NCBI GenBank assembly: GCA_017524525.1
Contig: JAFXVM010000006.1
Location: 24,819-88,818, forward strand
Origin: Alphaproteobacteria bacterium
Lineage (GTDB): Bacteria; Pseudomonadota; Alphaproteobacteria; Rs-D84
Length of the DNA: 64,000 nucleotides
Reading direction: 5' to 3'
Below the pieces are notes generated by a model that saw only the letters and a program-made list of their open reading frames with translations, was not told the origin of the DNA and made no database searches. Of this stretch, positions 9,501-18,891 are shown piece after piece. How positions within the stretch are numbered: position 1 is the first letter of the stretch; the number at the start of each line of letters is the position of its first letter. A program made the position numbers and the translations under genes.

Positions 9501-12500
9501 ACTATAACATTACCGACACCAACTCGTGCTGGTTATGCTTTTGCCGGATGGTATGACAATGACAATTTTGAAGGAGAACCTGTGACACAAGTCGCGTCTG
9601 GTTCTACTGGCAACAAAACATTTTGGGCGAAATGGAACTTTATTGATTGTTCGACAGGATATATAGAGCAAGAAACAAATGGTGTAAAAACCTGTGTGCT
9701 AGTTAAACATTCTATTACATATATAGATGAAGATACAGAACTAGACTTAGAACCATCAACTTATGATATCACCACACTTGGAACAAGTTTGCCGTCTGCG
9801 CCACAAGGGTATTCAAATTTTATTGGTTGGTGTTTAGATTCTTCTACTTGTTTTTCAACCATTAATAAAATACCAACTGATTGGACAGGCGACAAAGTTC
9901 TTTACTTAAAAAAATGCCCCACAAACTATAAACTTGGGACACCTTTTTCTGTTGATAGTCGCGCAACAAAATGGGCAGCAAAGTCGGCATTGACTGGTGA
10001 TGCAACTTCAGCCTCAGCTTATGGATTAACAACTCATGGCGAATGGGGAGCAACTTTTGATTCTGGTTATATAGTTGGAACATCTTTATGCAGTCAAACA
10101 CCGGGGGGCACAAGGGGCGCAGTCGGTCAACCAGACGAGACTGGCGAAGGTGACACGAAGTATTGTTGGTGCAGAGTTACAAAATATGGTTTTCCAGAAC
10201 GAGAAGTCAATACCACTAAATGGGTCGCAGAGAACAACACAACAGACAATGTCTCCGCAGAATATTGTAATGGTTGGTGTGCTTATAACTGCGCTCAAAA
10301 AGCAGTGGCACTTACGTCTAATACTACTAGAGTAAACATGGCCACCATGTGCGTACCTGATTCTGAATACACAATAAATTATGTGTTAAACGATGAAAAC
10401 GCTGTTTTCCCGGTCACAGCTATAAAAGTACCGCATTCCTATATTTCTAGTGATTTACCAATCAGTTTAGAAAATGCTATACCTGTGCGTCCTTATTATA
10501 CATTTGAAGGTTGGTACGACAATGCAAATTTTGAAGGAACCGCTATCACAGAAATACTAAGCGGTGCAAATCAGGATATTACTTTGTATGCTAAGTGGTC
10601 GTGGACAGGTTGCCAAGACGGTTCATATTTAGATTCATCAACTAATACATGCGAAACGTGTCCGGATGGTTATATATCTAACGGGAAAACAGCAACCAGT
10701 AAAAACGATTGTTATGTTGAATGGAATTGCTCGGAAAACTTAGCTGGTTGCCCTCAAAATGCGACTTGTACATATATCGACCCTGACCACTTGTCTGGAA
10801 TCGATTATTATGGCAACAATACCCCACACTGCGAAATAAACGCTGTCTGCAATGCTGGCTATGTATCAAATAATGGTGCATGCACAGAACAAGAATACCC
10901 TATACAATACATCATTGATGGCGGAGATTTTCTTGGCACTCTTAATCAAAGCAATATACCGCGCACTTATACTGTTAGTTCCGTCATAGATTTATCAGGT
11001 ATAGTGGCATCACGTTCTGGATACACTTTTGAAGGATGGTACGACAATTCAACATTTGAAGGTTCTGCGATACCAAATTTATCAAATTTAGCACCTGGGG
11101 GAATCACGCTTTACGCGAAATTTGAACCCGTTGTATGTACTGTCATTTATGATAACGAAGGTGACGTAAGTCAAGAAACTTATTCTGGACAAAGCGTTAT
11201 TACTTTGCCAGTGCTTAGAAAAAATTCGTACACATTTGACGGTTGGTGCGAAGAAGATTTGGACACCTGCCCTGGTGGTCCAAAACAAACATTAACTGCC
11301 AGAAACGAAACAGTGAATTTATATGCTAAATGGGGTGATAAAAATTATACCATCACTTATATGGACGGGAATAATACGTTGTCACTTTTGGAACCAGAAT
11401 CTTATACAGAAAACAAATTGCCAGTAGATTTACCAACAACCGCATATTCAAGCAATGATGATTCTGTGTTTGACGGTTGGTATAACAATCCAGAATTAAA
11501 TGGGGATGCTGTCACAGAAATTCCTGCGGGTGCACAAGTGACAAACAAGATATTTTATGTAAAATGGCGTCCAAAATATTATGCTATAACATATATGGAC
11601 GGCGACATAAATGTGACAGCATCAATGCCTTTGATTGAAACAACAACCAGCAATGGTGAAGATATAACACTGGGAGAATTATCCGAAAAAAACGGTATGG
11701 CTTTTGTTGGTTGGTGCGACGATGCACAAGGTAATAATTGTTCTATGACAAAAAGACTTTATGCTAATACACCTGTGATTTTGTACGCACAACGCGAAGA
11801 AGCCACTTATCATATTACTTATAAAAATGGCGACACAGATATTACAAATGATGTTGCACCAGAATTTAGGACATACACTGTTAACAACCCGATTGTGTTA
11901 CCTGGTGCCAATGACGTGTCCGTTGAACATTATGTTTTTAATAATTGGTTGGACGAACATGATACAGTGATTAACACACTGCCATCGCAAACTGTTCCTA
12001 ATGGCGACTGTGTTTTACAAGGGAATTTTAGCCCTGTTCAATACACACTTTCGTTCACAGAAGATTCTATATCAAATATGCCTGCGTCTTCTGTCACGTA
12101 CAATATTGAAAACCTACCTAATTTGAATGCTCGTACACCAACAAATCCAGAATATGTATTCGTTGGATATAAAGATGCTGTTAGTGGTGAAATAATTTCT
12201 GCTATTACGGCCGAAAACGCAGGCAACATTGAATTAACACCAGAATATTCATACGTATCTTGTGACACCGGTTTTAAAACCCGAACATCAAACTCTGCCG
12301 TTTGGAACACCGCAAGAAATGGTATATTGAACAATTATTATGTGACACACCCCACAGCAAACGGTAGTGTATCTAGAGTATACAAACGGAAACCAACATC
12401 AAATTACACCATACCAACAGCCCCAACGTCGGGTTCAAATGCGCGTGCTGTTTGGGTAACGTTGTTTGACCAAGGACAAAGCAACCATGCTGAAATATAT

Positions 12501-15500
12501 GCTATGGGTGAAGCGAGTTGTAATTCAATTGCAGGTGTTGGGTATGAAACAGGCTCGGTAATGTTTTCTTCTTCCCGCCCAAGCAACGATATGAACAATA
12601 TAGCATCCACTGGTAATTATTGCTGGTGCCGTTTAACAAGTTATAAACCAGACAATCAGATTGTGTCAATCCAAGATACAGATTGGATTTATTTAAAAGA
12701 ATTTAGTTCTGCTGAAAATTGCGCTTCGCAAGGTAACGAATATGGTTCTCAATCTTGTGCTGCAAAATGTGGCGAAGCAGTAAGAACAAACGCCTTTTTC
12801 CGTTCACAGATATTTGATGATTTAGGTATATGCGCCGTTGGTATATACGATATTCGTTACAGATTAAATGGTGGCAATTGGGTGCAGTCTGATTCAATTA
12901 ACTGTGCTGAAAATGAATATTTTGATGACAATTCTAATGAATGTAAACCGTGCGCAAACGGGGAAAATTCAAGTGGTCATTCAAATTATTGTATTCCTGT
13001 AGAAACTTCTATGAATTATCATGCTATAAACCTGCCCCAGCCAGTCAGGACAGGATACGATTTCGCCGGATGGTGTGACGATGCAGATTTAACTGTTAAT
13101 TGTAAAACTGAAAAGGTTATTCAAACAGGCACCACCAACGATGTTTATGTTTATGCAAAATGGACACCAATAAATTATCAAATAACATACAATCTTGATG
13201 GTGGCACTTTGCCAAGCGATGTTTCTAACCCAACCGTATATCATATTGATGATACTATAGAATTGCCAATTCCAACCAAAACCGATTATATTTTTGATGG
13301 TTGGTATGAATGCGCAAATTATGAATGCAACAAAGTTTCTGTTTGGGGTCCCGATGAAACCGATGAAGACAAACAATTCTGGGCCAAGTGGAATATTGGT
13401 TCTTATACAATCACTTACGACAGACACGGTGGTGTTTTTGATGCAAATGTTGCAGACACACAAACATATACTGTTAATGACACCTCTAATAACAATTATT
13501 TAACACTTCTGAAACCTAGAAGACAGGGCTATGACTTTGTCGGCTGGTGCCTTGAAGAAGAAACACCATATCAAGAATGTGGTACAGAAGAAATAATCAC
13601 GGACGAAAGCACTTCGGGATGGAGTGGTGATAAAAAACTTCATGCAAAGTGGAATCTGGAAGATTATACCATAACCTATTATGATAACAATAACCCTATG
13701 ACTTTGGAAAACACAGAATGGGAAGACAACAGTACTGTGATAAATGAATATAATGTATCTTCTAAATATACATATCCAATACTATTACCAAAGCCTTTGA
13801 AATCTGGACACAGATTTGAAGATTGGTACAGCACAGTGAATTTAGATAATGACCCAGAAAATTCAACACCAATCAGCGAAATTGCTTTTGGAACAACTGG
13901 CAACAAAGATTTTTATGCAAAATGGGCTTGTGCTGCTGGATATTATGGTGACGGAACAACGTGTACAATTTGTGAGGCAGGCACCTATAGCGACACAACC
14001 AATGCCGCAAATTGCACAGCATGCCTATTAGGCCACACTTCTGCTGCGGGTGCCACCAGTTGTGTGGCGTGCACAAACACCGAACATGTCACAGAATGGG
14101 CTGATGCTCTATGCGGAATCAGTCAATGTGATACAGGTTACAAAATCGAATCCACACAAATAAGCGCAATTTCAACCGATGAAAATGGTATATATATGGC
14201 TTACACAATGCATGCGCCAGAACATCTTCAAAACAATAACATTGGTTGTTATAAAGACGGCGTTTATAATGATTGTAATGATTCTGTCTTTGATAACGTG
14301 TCAAAACCGCACGGTTGGCGTGTTGTGTTCCGTTATGGAACAGTGACGGGAACTTCTGTGTGCAGCACGACAGGTTCGGCACTTAATGTTGCTAACGCTA
14401 ATCAAGATATCTATGATATAAACACCCCTGATACAACAAGCGAAGGTGGCGCATATTGTTGGTGCAAAGCATTAGATTACGACAACCAAAGCCTTGCTGG
14501 ATCTTGGGTTTTTGCAACGGATTTTTCGGGTGCACATGCTACTTGCGAGAATTCTTGTGCGATGAATTGCACTGGTAAAGTATATCGCAATTCTGCGTTT
14601 AGGGAAGTTATGTTTGGTAACACCTATCTCAATAACGTCACGTTGGATACATTAACGTTTGATGAACCTTTGGACAAAGCTATGTGTGTACCAAAAGTTT
14701 TCCCAATAGTTTATCATAATATTGATGAGGTTATTTGGAACAACGGTGAAAACCATCCTGATTTTTATACTTTATTACAAAACGATGTCACCATTGGTCG
14801 TCCAACACGTCAAGGCTTTGTATTTATGGGTTGGTGTGAAACAGAAAATTGTGTTGATGAAACGCCACAAAATAATTATAGTTTTATCCCGAACGATAAA
14901 GCGGAAGGTCAAATAGATTTGTATGCTCAATGGACTTGTGCTGCTGGATATTATAAAAATGGCTCTGCGTGCAATGCTTGTCCACAAGACCCATACGGAA
15001 TTCAATATACATCACCAAACGAAAATACAGATGGAATCAACAGTTGTTATTATAGTTGCGCTAATGTATTTGAAGTTTTTTGTCCTGAACATTCTATCGA
15101 CTGCTTATACACTGGCGATTCAAATGCGACAAATTCTTATGGCTATGAAACCAACAATTGCACTATAAGTTTTAATTGTGACCCAGGTTACGGTGTTGAC
15201 GGTGCTTTGTGTTCTTTGAATACATATTATATAACTTATGTCGATACACTTGAAGATATTGCCAGTGAAAATCGTAAAACAAGCGAATCTTACACTGTCA
15301 ATGATTTACCTGTATCGAAATCGGTATCGCCAGAAAATACACACACCGGTTATGATTTTGACGGTTGGTGCGAAACAGATGAATTGACAGGCGATTGTTT
15401 AACAACAATTACAATTGATGTTAATACTATAGGCGATAAAACCTTCTATGCTCGTTGGACAACACAAAATTATACTATAACCTATCATAATAACGGTGTT

Positions 15501-18500
15501 GATTCAGAAGATTCTTATACATACGGAACAGGAAAAAATTTGAACGCGCCTGAGACACCAACGGGTTATGTTTTTGCGGGCTGGTATACAAACAGTGATT
15601 TTTCTGGCGAAGCAGTGCAAACAATCGCTGACACAGAAACAGGTTCTAAAGAATTCTGGGCAAAATGGACGTGTACTGCTAATTATTATCACGATTCTAA
15701 CACTTGTACGGCGTGTCCTGATTTATATCCAACATCTGTTGTCAATGACAACGAAGGTATTGGAAAATGTTATGCACAGTGTGAAACCATAACAGAATGT
15801 CCAGAACACGCTACATGCTCTTACGCAAATACAATTGACGACAAAGATTACTATAAAGAAAATGCAACAGAAACTTGTGTATCTGGTATTGAATGTGATA
15901 CGGGCTATGGTCTAGAAAACGGTGCATGCGTATTACAAACATACACTGTCACATTTATGGATGGCGAAACACAATTGCGCCAAGAATCATACACGATTAA
16001 TTCTGTTGAACCTATTGTTTCAACAACGCCGGGGAATTCAGGTGGCGAATTTGCTGGTTGGTGTGACAACGAAGATTTAACAGGTGAATGTTCAACGACC
16101 GTGACTGTTCAACCAAGTGATGCGACCGACAAAACATTTTATGCAAAGTGGACATGCGCAAATGGATATTATGGTTCTGCTTGCACACAATGTCCAGAAG
16201 GATACAGAAACACCGATGCAGGCGCAGCAAGAATAACAGATTGTTATAACATATATACTTGTCCAACAGAATGCCCGCCACATGCAGTGAGTTGCACTCA
16301 GCCAACAAAAGAATTTGTTAAGAATTATTATGGCGCAACAGAATTTGAATCTTGTGATATGGATGTAGTTTGTGAAGACGGGTACGAAGCAAAAACTATT
16401 GATAAGATTTACAAAAATAAAATCACTTATGAGAAGTATTTAAACGGCGATTCTTATAAAAAATTAGACAAACAAACCTTTGGTTTCTACGCTTCGTATT
16501 ATAATACACCAGAAGCAATAACTGAAACAAGCCATCTGTTGAATGGTGAAACGGAACAGTTTTTTGATTACGGCTCTGTACGCATGGTTTCCACATGTGA
16601 TAGCGCCGCCTATAGCATATACAACCACGTATTAACTATTAACAACGAACCTGGAAGTAATTGTTGGTGCAAATTTACACAATATTCACCAGACGGAATA
16701 AATTATACAAACCTTGATTTTCCATGGAAACCTGGGTTGCCATGGCAAACCTATGAGCAATGTCTGGATTCCTGCGAGTGCGGTGGTGTTCCTGACAGTT
16801 GGTGGAGAAACCAAAAAGTTTGTAGTGCAAGAGAATATACAATTTATTTTGAAACTAATGGTGGTTATATTGAAACAAATAACAACTATATGCTTTATGA
16901 TGTGACAGCCGACCCGTTTGATTTACCAAAACCAACACGTCCGGGATACGATTTCGCCGGATGGTGCAACAATGAAAACTTAACTGGCGAATGTCCAATA
17001 ACAGTGACAATTCAACCAAGTGATGCAGAAAACAAAACATTTTATGCAAAATGGACACCTGTTGTTTGCGATGAAGACATGGTTGTAGCAACAAGGTTTA
17101 ACACAACAAAAGAACCAATAGCCTATTCATCCATAGAAATTGATGGTGTTGTTCGCACGACTGAAATGTTTTATCCTGGCAGATTACCAAACGCATACGG
17201 TTTAACAGAAAGCGGTACCTGGGCAACAGAATACGATTACGGAACCTTATATGGCGAAGCCGCTTGTAAGGACGCACCATATTATATGGGTGACTATAAA
17301 GCCAGTCCGGTTCCAGACGAAGTGTTTAATACATTTGCTGATACACCGTTTGTAACAATTGATACTGACGATTCTGTTTCCGCAACATGTTATTGCAAAC
17401 CAACTGCGTTTAAACCAACTTTTGGTTCGAAACAGGCTTTGTCCAACAATTGGAAAGAGCACGTTCATACATCCGCCTATGAGTGCAATATACATTGTGC
17501 ATACTATTGTTCACAGGATAAATCACGCGCAACTATACATCTGCTCGGTGAATTTACAAACACAAATTATTGTGCGTACAGAATTAATTATTATCATTTG
17601 AATGATGGGGAATTTGTGGCACCTGCTTTGCATCCAGACCATTATGATACAGGCGACAGGTTTACAATTGGGCAACCTGTGCGTCGTGGTTATACGTTTG
17701 CTGGCTGGTGTGTAGGTCAAGACAGGTGCAACAACACCCAAGAAAGTTTTGAAGTAAATTCTTCAACTGTGGGTGCTGTTGATTTATACGCACAATGGAC
17801 AGCGGGACAATACACTATTACTTATAATATGATGGGTGGCACACCAACATATCAACCAGAACAAAACACTGTCGGTATTATGGTGTATTTTCCAGACGAC
17901 CCAACAAAAGAAGGTTATGATTTTGCAGGCTGGTGTCCGAACAGTGAAACCTGTGAAAACCCTATAAAAACACAAACATGGGGTGGCGCAACAGAGGATA
18001 TAACCATGTATGCACAATGGGATATTAAAACTTATTATATTACCTATGTGTTTAATAATGGCGATGCAAGCGTGACAGAAGAACAAGATTTCAACGAACA
18101 AGTCATATTACGCAAACCAACAAAATCTGGTTTTACATTCGATGGTTATTGTGTTGATACAACAAATTGCAATCCATTGACGTTGCCTGTTGACAGCACA
18201 AGCGATTCTTGGGTTCACAGTGCTTGGAACAGAGATTTAACGCTTTATGCGAAATGGACACAAAATGTCGCAACCGAAGAATGCACGTCAAAGGCTTGGC
18301 TACATGTTGGCGAAGACAAAGCTTGTTTATCAAAAACCCCTGTTGAAAAACCAGTATTAGTAATTCAGGGTAAACACGGCAAATATTATTTACAAGCAAC
18401 CAAGGATTCAAATTTACCAATGAACAAAGATACAACGAAGCAATTACGTATACAAAAAGCAAATGATATATATAATGTACATGATGAAACCGTGTCCAGA

Positions 18501-18533
18501 AACGATACAGATAATTCTTCAACAGGGGTGTAA
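6591..18533 (+). CDS. giant secreted repeat protein (3980 aa): about 25 Listeria-Bacteroides (Flg_new) repeats, at least 8-9 novel Cys-rich 'CWC' modules, ephrin-receptor-like Cys repeats, conserved C-terminal domain
   Basis: Uninterrupted 11,943-nt ORF with an RBS AAGGGAAAGG and a signal peptide. It contains recurring ...YTITY..GG....LP.PTR.GY.F.GW........FYAKW units, recurring GEWG..F..G...G.S.C.....G.YCWC..T modules, and CAAGYYGDGTTCTICEAGTYSD-type repeats. Confidence 0.85.
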   Translation: MEKTRFFACFVRMFNAMCFAICAVLFSSNAYSTCATGYHEQTNPLDSTIYNKKMVGFMYRDPTTETDFVSYGTNYHTTNYATGIWVSAMKNPGSQLMEDTFVGGHAFCAATGSENDYHKSRTTFATSNNITTTEPGSYCWCQLYALYVYNWQYFSGTWVALNNLGSHDNCANNTCAQECANEMHNNPSFRQAIYSVPYCVADDTPHIYPINYYNVAHATWNLNQNHPYGYTTGQEITLGIPSRQNYDFVAWCDNAELTENCMFTKTIPADSVGTKSFYAKWDFANSDCQDGYKHVCLINFDVLNQNRLGYAYKPIDGSEVQTEGDKTTETYNLTQPGEWGVSFEHGDLKGISKCATTASTSDGNGHLCWCKTTDFIPSDTEDTTCHSETGLWTYSDDLVNDNHCSKYCPLSCVKKNPVTDNLFGRNSYFWEYFANENLSECVIDKYKINYVLNGGLFPNERLSYIYLNRVNDVSAPTTYQITDTVLIPRPARENFVFGGWYTEPDFSGEPIFDGFGPGEFGNITLYAKWIEKTCSEHYTLSYPANIEGHYIYSGNTWEVTFPFGVVSGTGYTSQWNKNRCVCKATSFTPKNGTTQDIVFAPEGAAGRTKNCAYYCSYDIAHDIYTRTPTFAGTVLQDPVCLPIEYTIHFESNGGTSYSDRHYNVESDNITLPEPARRGYHFDGWYENEDLSGTSVTTVSSGTPGNKTFYAKWSFVGCPAGYVAQDTDSGKICQPITYTIHFVSNSVLNFDDIPYTIESEDIELPTDISEQNGLPFVGWYEDDSFSEPAITLVPKGSTGDKIFYARWLQNTCSTVNTTANNLISLVDVETRGISTYNFNHGDWFVIFDYGKLQGRGICSNMTGDIGTKADTVTESENGSNCWCNITKFTPANGIIKEATSPWFSVGSQSDCSKTCATICGAYTFKNHNNFYTVVKPAYYLTNVCNAPVYTIHYNSNYGTEYEDQQYTAIYDTITLPTPTRAGYAFAGWYDNDNFEGEPVTQVASGSTGNKTFWAKWNFIDCSTGYIEQETNGVKTCVLVKHSITYIDEDTELDLEPSTYDITTLGTSLPSAPQGYSNFIGWCLDSSTCFSTINKIPTDWTGDKVLYLKKCPTNYKLGTPFSVDSRATKWAAKSALTGDATSASAYGLTTHGEWGATFDSGYIVGTSLCSQTPGGTRGAVGQPDETGEGDTKYCWCRVTKYGFPEREVNTTKWVAENNTTDNVSAEYCNGWCAYNCAQKAVALTSNTTRVNMATMCVPDSEYTINYVLNDENAVFPVTAIKVPHSYISSDLPISLENAIPVRPYYTFEGWYDNANFEGTAITEILSGANQDITLYAKWSWTGCQDGSYLDSSTNTCETCPDGYISNGKTATSKNDCYVEWNCSENLAGCPQNATCTYIDPDHLSGIDYYGNNTPHCEINAVCNAGYVSNNGACTEQEYPIQYIIDGGDFLGTLNQSNIPRTYTVSSVIDLSGIVASRSGYTFEGWYDNSTFEGSAIPNLSNLAPGGITLYAKFEPVVCTVIYDNEGDVSQETYSGQSVITLPVLRKNSYTFDGWCEEDLDTCPGGPKQTLTARNETVNLYAKWGDKNYTITYMDGNNTLSLLEPESYTENKLPVDLPTTAYSSNDDSVFDGWYNNPELNGDAVTEIPAGAQVTNKIFYVKWRPKYYAITYMDGDINVTASMPLIETTTSNGEDITLGELSEKNGMAFVGWCDDAQGNNCSMTKRLYANTPVILYAQREEATYHITYKNGDTDITNDVAPEFRTYTVNNPIVLPGANDVSVEHYVFNNWLDEHDTVINTLPSQTVPNGDCVLQGNFSPVQYTLSFTEDSISNMPASSVTYNIENLPNLNARTPTNPEYVFVGYKDAVSGEIISAITAENAGNIELTPEYSYVSCDTGFKTRTSNSAVWNTARNGILNNYYVTHPTANGSVSRVYKRKPTSNYTIPTAPTSGSNARAVWVTLFDQGQSNHAEIYAMGEASCNSIAGVGYETGSVMFSSSRPSNDMNNIASTGNYCWCRLTSYKPDNQIVSIQDTDWIYLKEFSSAENCASQGNEYGSQSCAAKCGEAVRTNAFFRSQIFDDLGICAVGIYDIRYRLNGGNWVQSDSINCAENEYFDDNSNECKPCANGENSSGHSNYCIPVETSMNYHAINLPQPVRTGYDFAGWCDDADLTVNCKTEKVIQTGTTNDVYVYAKWTPINYQITYNLDGGTLPSDVSNPTVYHIDDTIELPIPTKTDYIFDGWYECANYECNKVSVWGPDETDEDKQFWAKWNIGSYTITYDRHGGVFDANVADTQTYTVNDTSNNNYLTLLKPRRQGYDFVGWCLEEETPYQECGTEEIITDESTSGWSGDKKLHAKWNLEDYTITYYDNNNPMTLENTEWEDNSTVINEYNVSSKYTYPILLPKPLKSGHRFEDWYSTVNLDNDPENSTPISEIAFGTTGNKDFYAKWACAAGYYGDGTTCTICEAGTYSDTTNAANCTACLLGHTSAAGATSCVACTNTEHVTEWADALCGISQCDTGYKIESTQISAISTDENGIYMAYTMHAPEHLQNNNIGCYKDGVYNDCNDSVFDNVSKPHGWRVVFRYGTVTGTSVCSTTGSALNVANANQDIYDINTPDTTSEGGAYCWCKALDYDNQSLAGSWVFATDFSGAHATCENSCAMNCTGKVYRNSAFREVMFGNTYLNNVTLDTLTFDEPLDKAMCVPKVFPIVYHNIDEVIWNNGENHPDFYTLLQNDVTIGRPTRQGFVFMGWCETENCVDETPQNNYSFIPNDKAEGQIDLYAQWTCAAGYYKNGSACNACPQDPYGIQYTSPNENTDGINSCYYSCANVFEVFCPEHSIDCLYTGDSNATNSYGYETNNCTISFNCDPGYGVDGALCSLNTYYITYVDTLEDIASENRKTSESYTVNDLPVSKSVSPENTHTGYDFDGWCETDELTGDCLTTITIDVNTIGDKTFYARWTTQNYTITYHNNGVDSEDSYTYGTGKNLNAPETPTGYVFAGWYTNSDFSGEAVQTIADTETGSKEFWAKWTCTANYYHDSNTCTACPDLYPTSVVNDNEGIGKCYAQCETITECPEHATCSYANTIDDKDYYKENATETCVSGIECDTGYGLENGACVLQTYTVTFMDGETQLRQESYTINSVEPIVSTTPGNSGGEFAGWCDNEDLTGECSTTVTVQPSDATDKTFYAKWTCANGYYGSACTQCPEGYRNTDAGAARITDCYNIYTCPTECPPHAVSCTQPTKEFVKNYYGATEFESCDMDVVCEDGYEAKTIDKIYKNKITYEKYLNGDSYKKLDKQTFGFYASYYNTPEAITETSHLLNGETEQFFDYGSVRMVSTCDSAAYSIYNHVLTINNEPGSNCWCKFTQYSPDGINYTNLDFPWKPGLPWQTYEQCLDSCECGGVPDSWWRNQKVCSAREYTIYFETNGGYIETNNNYMLYDVTADPFDLPKPTRPGYDFAGWCNNENLTGECPITVTIQPSDAENKTFYAKWTPVVCDEDMVVATRFNTTKEPIAYSSIEIDGVVRTTEMFYPGRLPNAYGLTESGTWATEYDYGTLYGEAACKDAPYYMGDYKASPVPDEVFNTFADTPFVTIDTDDSVSATCYCKPTAFKPTFGSKQALSNNWKEHVHTSAYECNIHCAYYCSQDKSRATIHLLGEFTNTNYCAYRINYYHLNDGEFVAPALHPDHYDTGDRFTIGQPVRRGYTFAGWCVGQDRCNNTQESFEVNSSTVGAVDLYAQWTAGQYTITYNMMGGTPTYQPEQNTVGIMVYFPDDPTKEGYDFAGWCPNSETCENPIKTQTWGGATEDITMYAQWDIKTYYITYVFNNGDASVTEEQDFNEQVILRKPTKSGFTFDGYCVDTTNCNPLTLPVDSTSDSWVHSAWNRDLTLYAKWTQNVATEECTSKAWLHVGEDKACLSKTPVEKPVLVIQGKHGKYYLQATKDSNLPMNKDTTKQLRIQKANDIYNVHDETVSRNDTDNSSTGV

Positions 18534-18884
18534 TGTAATTTATCCAAACTAGATACAAGTCTTACCGGCGCAAGTTACACACAAAATTCTGACGGCAGTT
18601 GAGCAACAACATTTAGCTATGGTGTTATTGGTGGTAATGCGATGTGCGGAACACGATGCGTTGGTAATAAATCTGTCCTGAACGGCGTACCAGATGGAGC
18701 AGGAAGCTGTTGCTATTGTCAAATAACCAGTTATAAACCCCAGAATGAAGACACCTGCTTAATATCTTCTGCCCCTTGGGTGCAATCAATGCAATTTTCT
18801 AGTTGTACCCCATATAATTGTGCTAGCAAATGTAGTTCTCTTGTCAAAGATTGGGCGGAACTTCGCAATTCTATGTATAATTAA
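18534..18884 (+). pseudogene. relic/fragment of a CWC-module paralog, in frame with the giant ORF but separated by TAA (18531) and TGA (18600)
   Basis: The same reading frame continues after the giant stop: CNLSKLDTSLTGASYTQNSDGS*ATTFSYGVIGGNAMCGTRC...GSCCYCQITSYKP...W...C...C...C. The TGA sits exactly where the module's invariant Trp (TGG) belongs. Confidence 0.6.
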
Positions 18885-18891
18885 TAGATGA

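Noticed and set aside
6892-18101. Numerous 60-140-aa ORFs on both strands inside the giant gene
   Set aside because: All are overlapped by the continuous 3980-aa frame with clear domain homology. They are alternative-frame artefacts of repetitive sequence.
18600-18602. Possibility that TGA encodes Trp (code 4), which would extend the giant protein through the relic module
   Set aside because: prfB is present with its TGA-dependent +1 frameshift site, the giant ORF also has a TAA before it, and other genes end in TGA at sensible positions. TGA is most likely a true stop.
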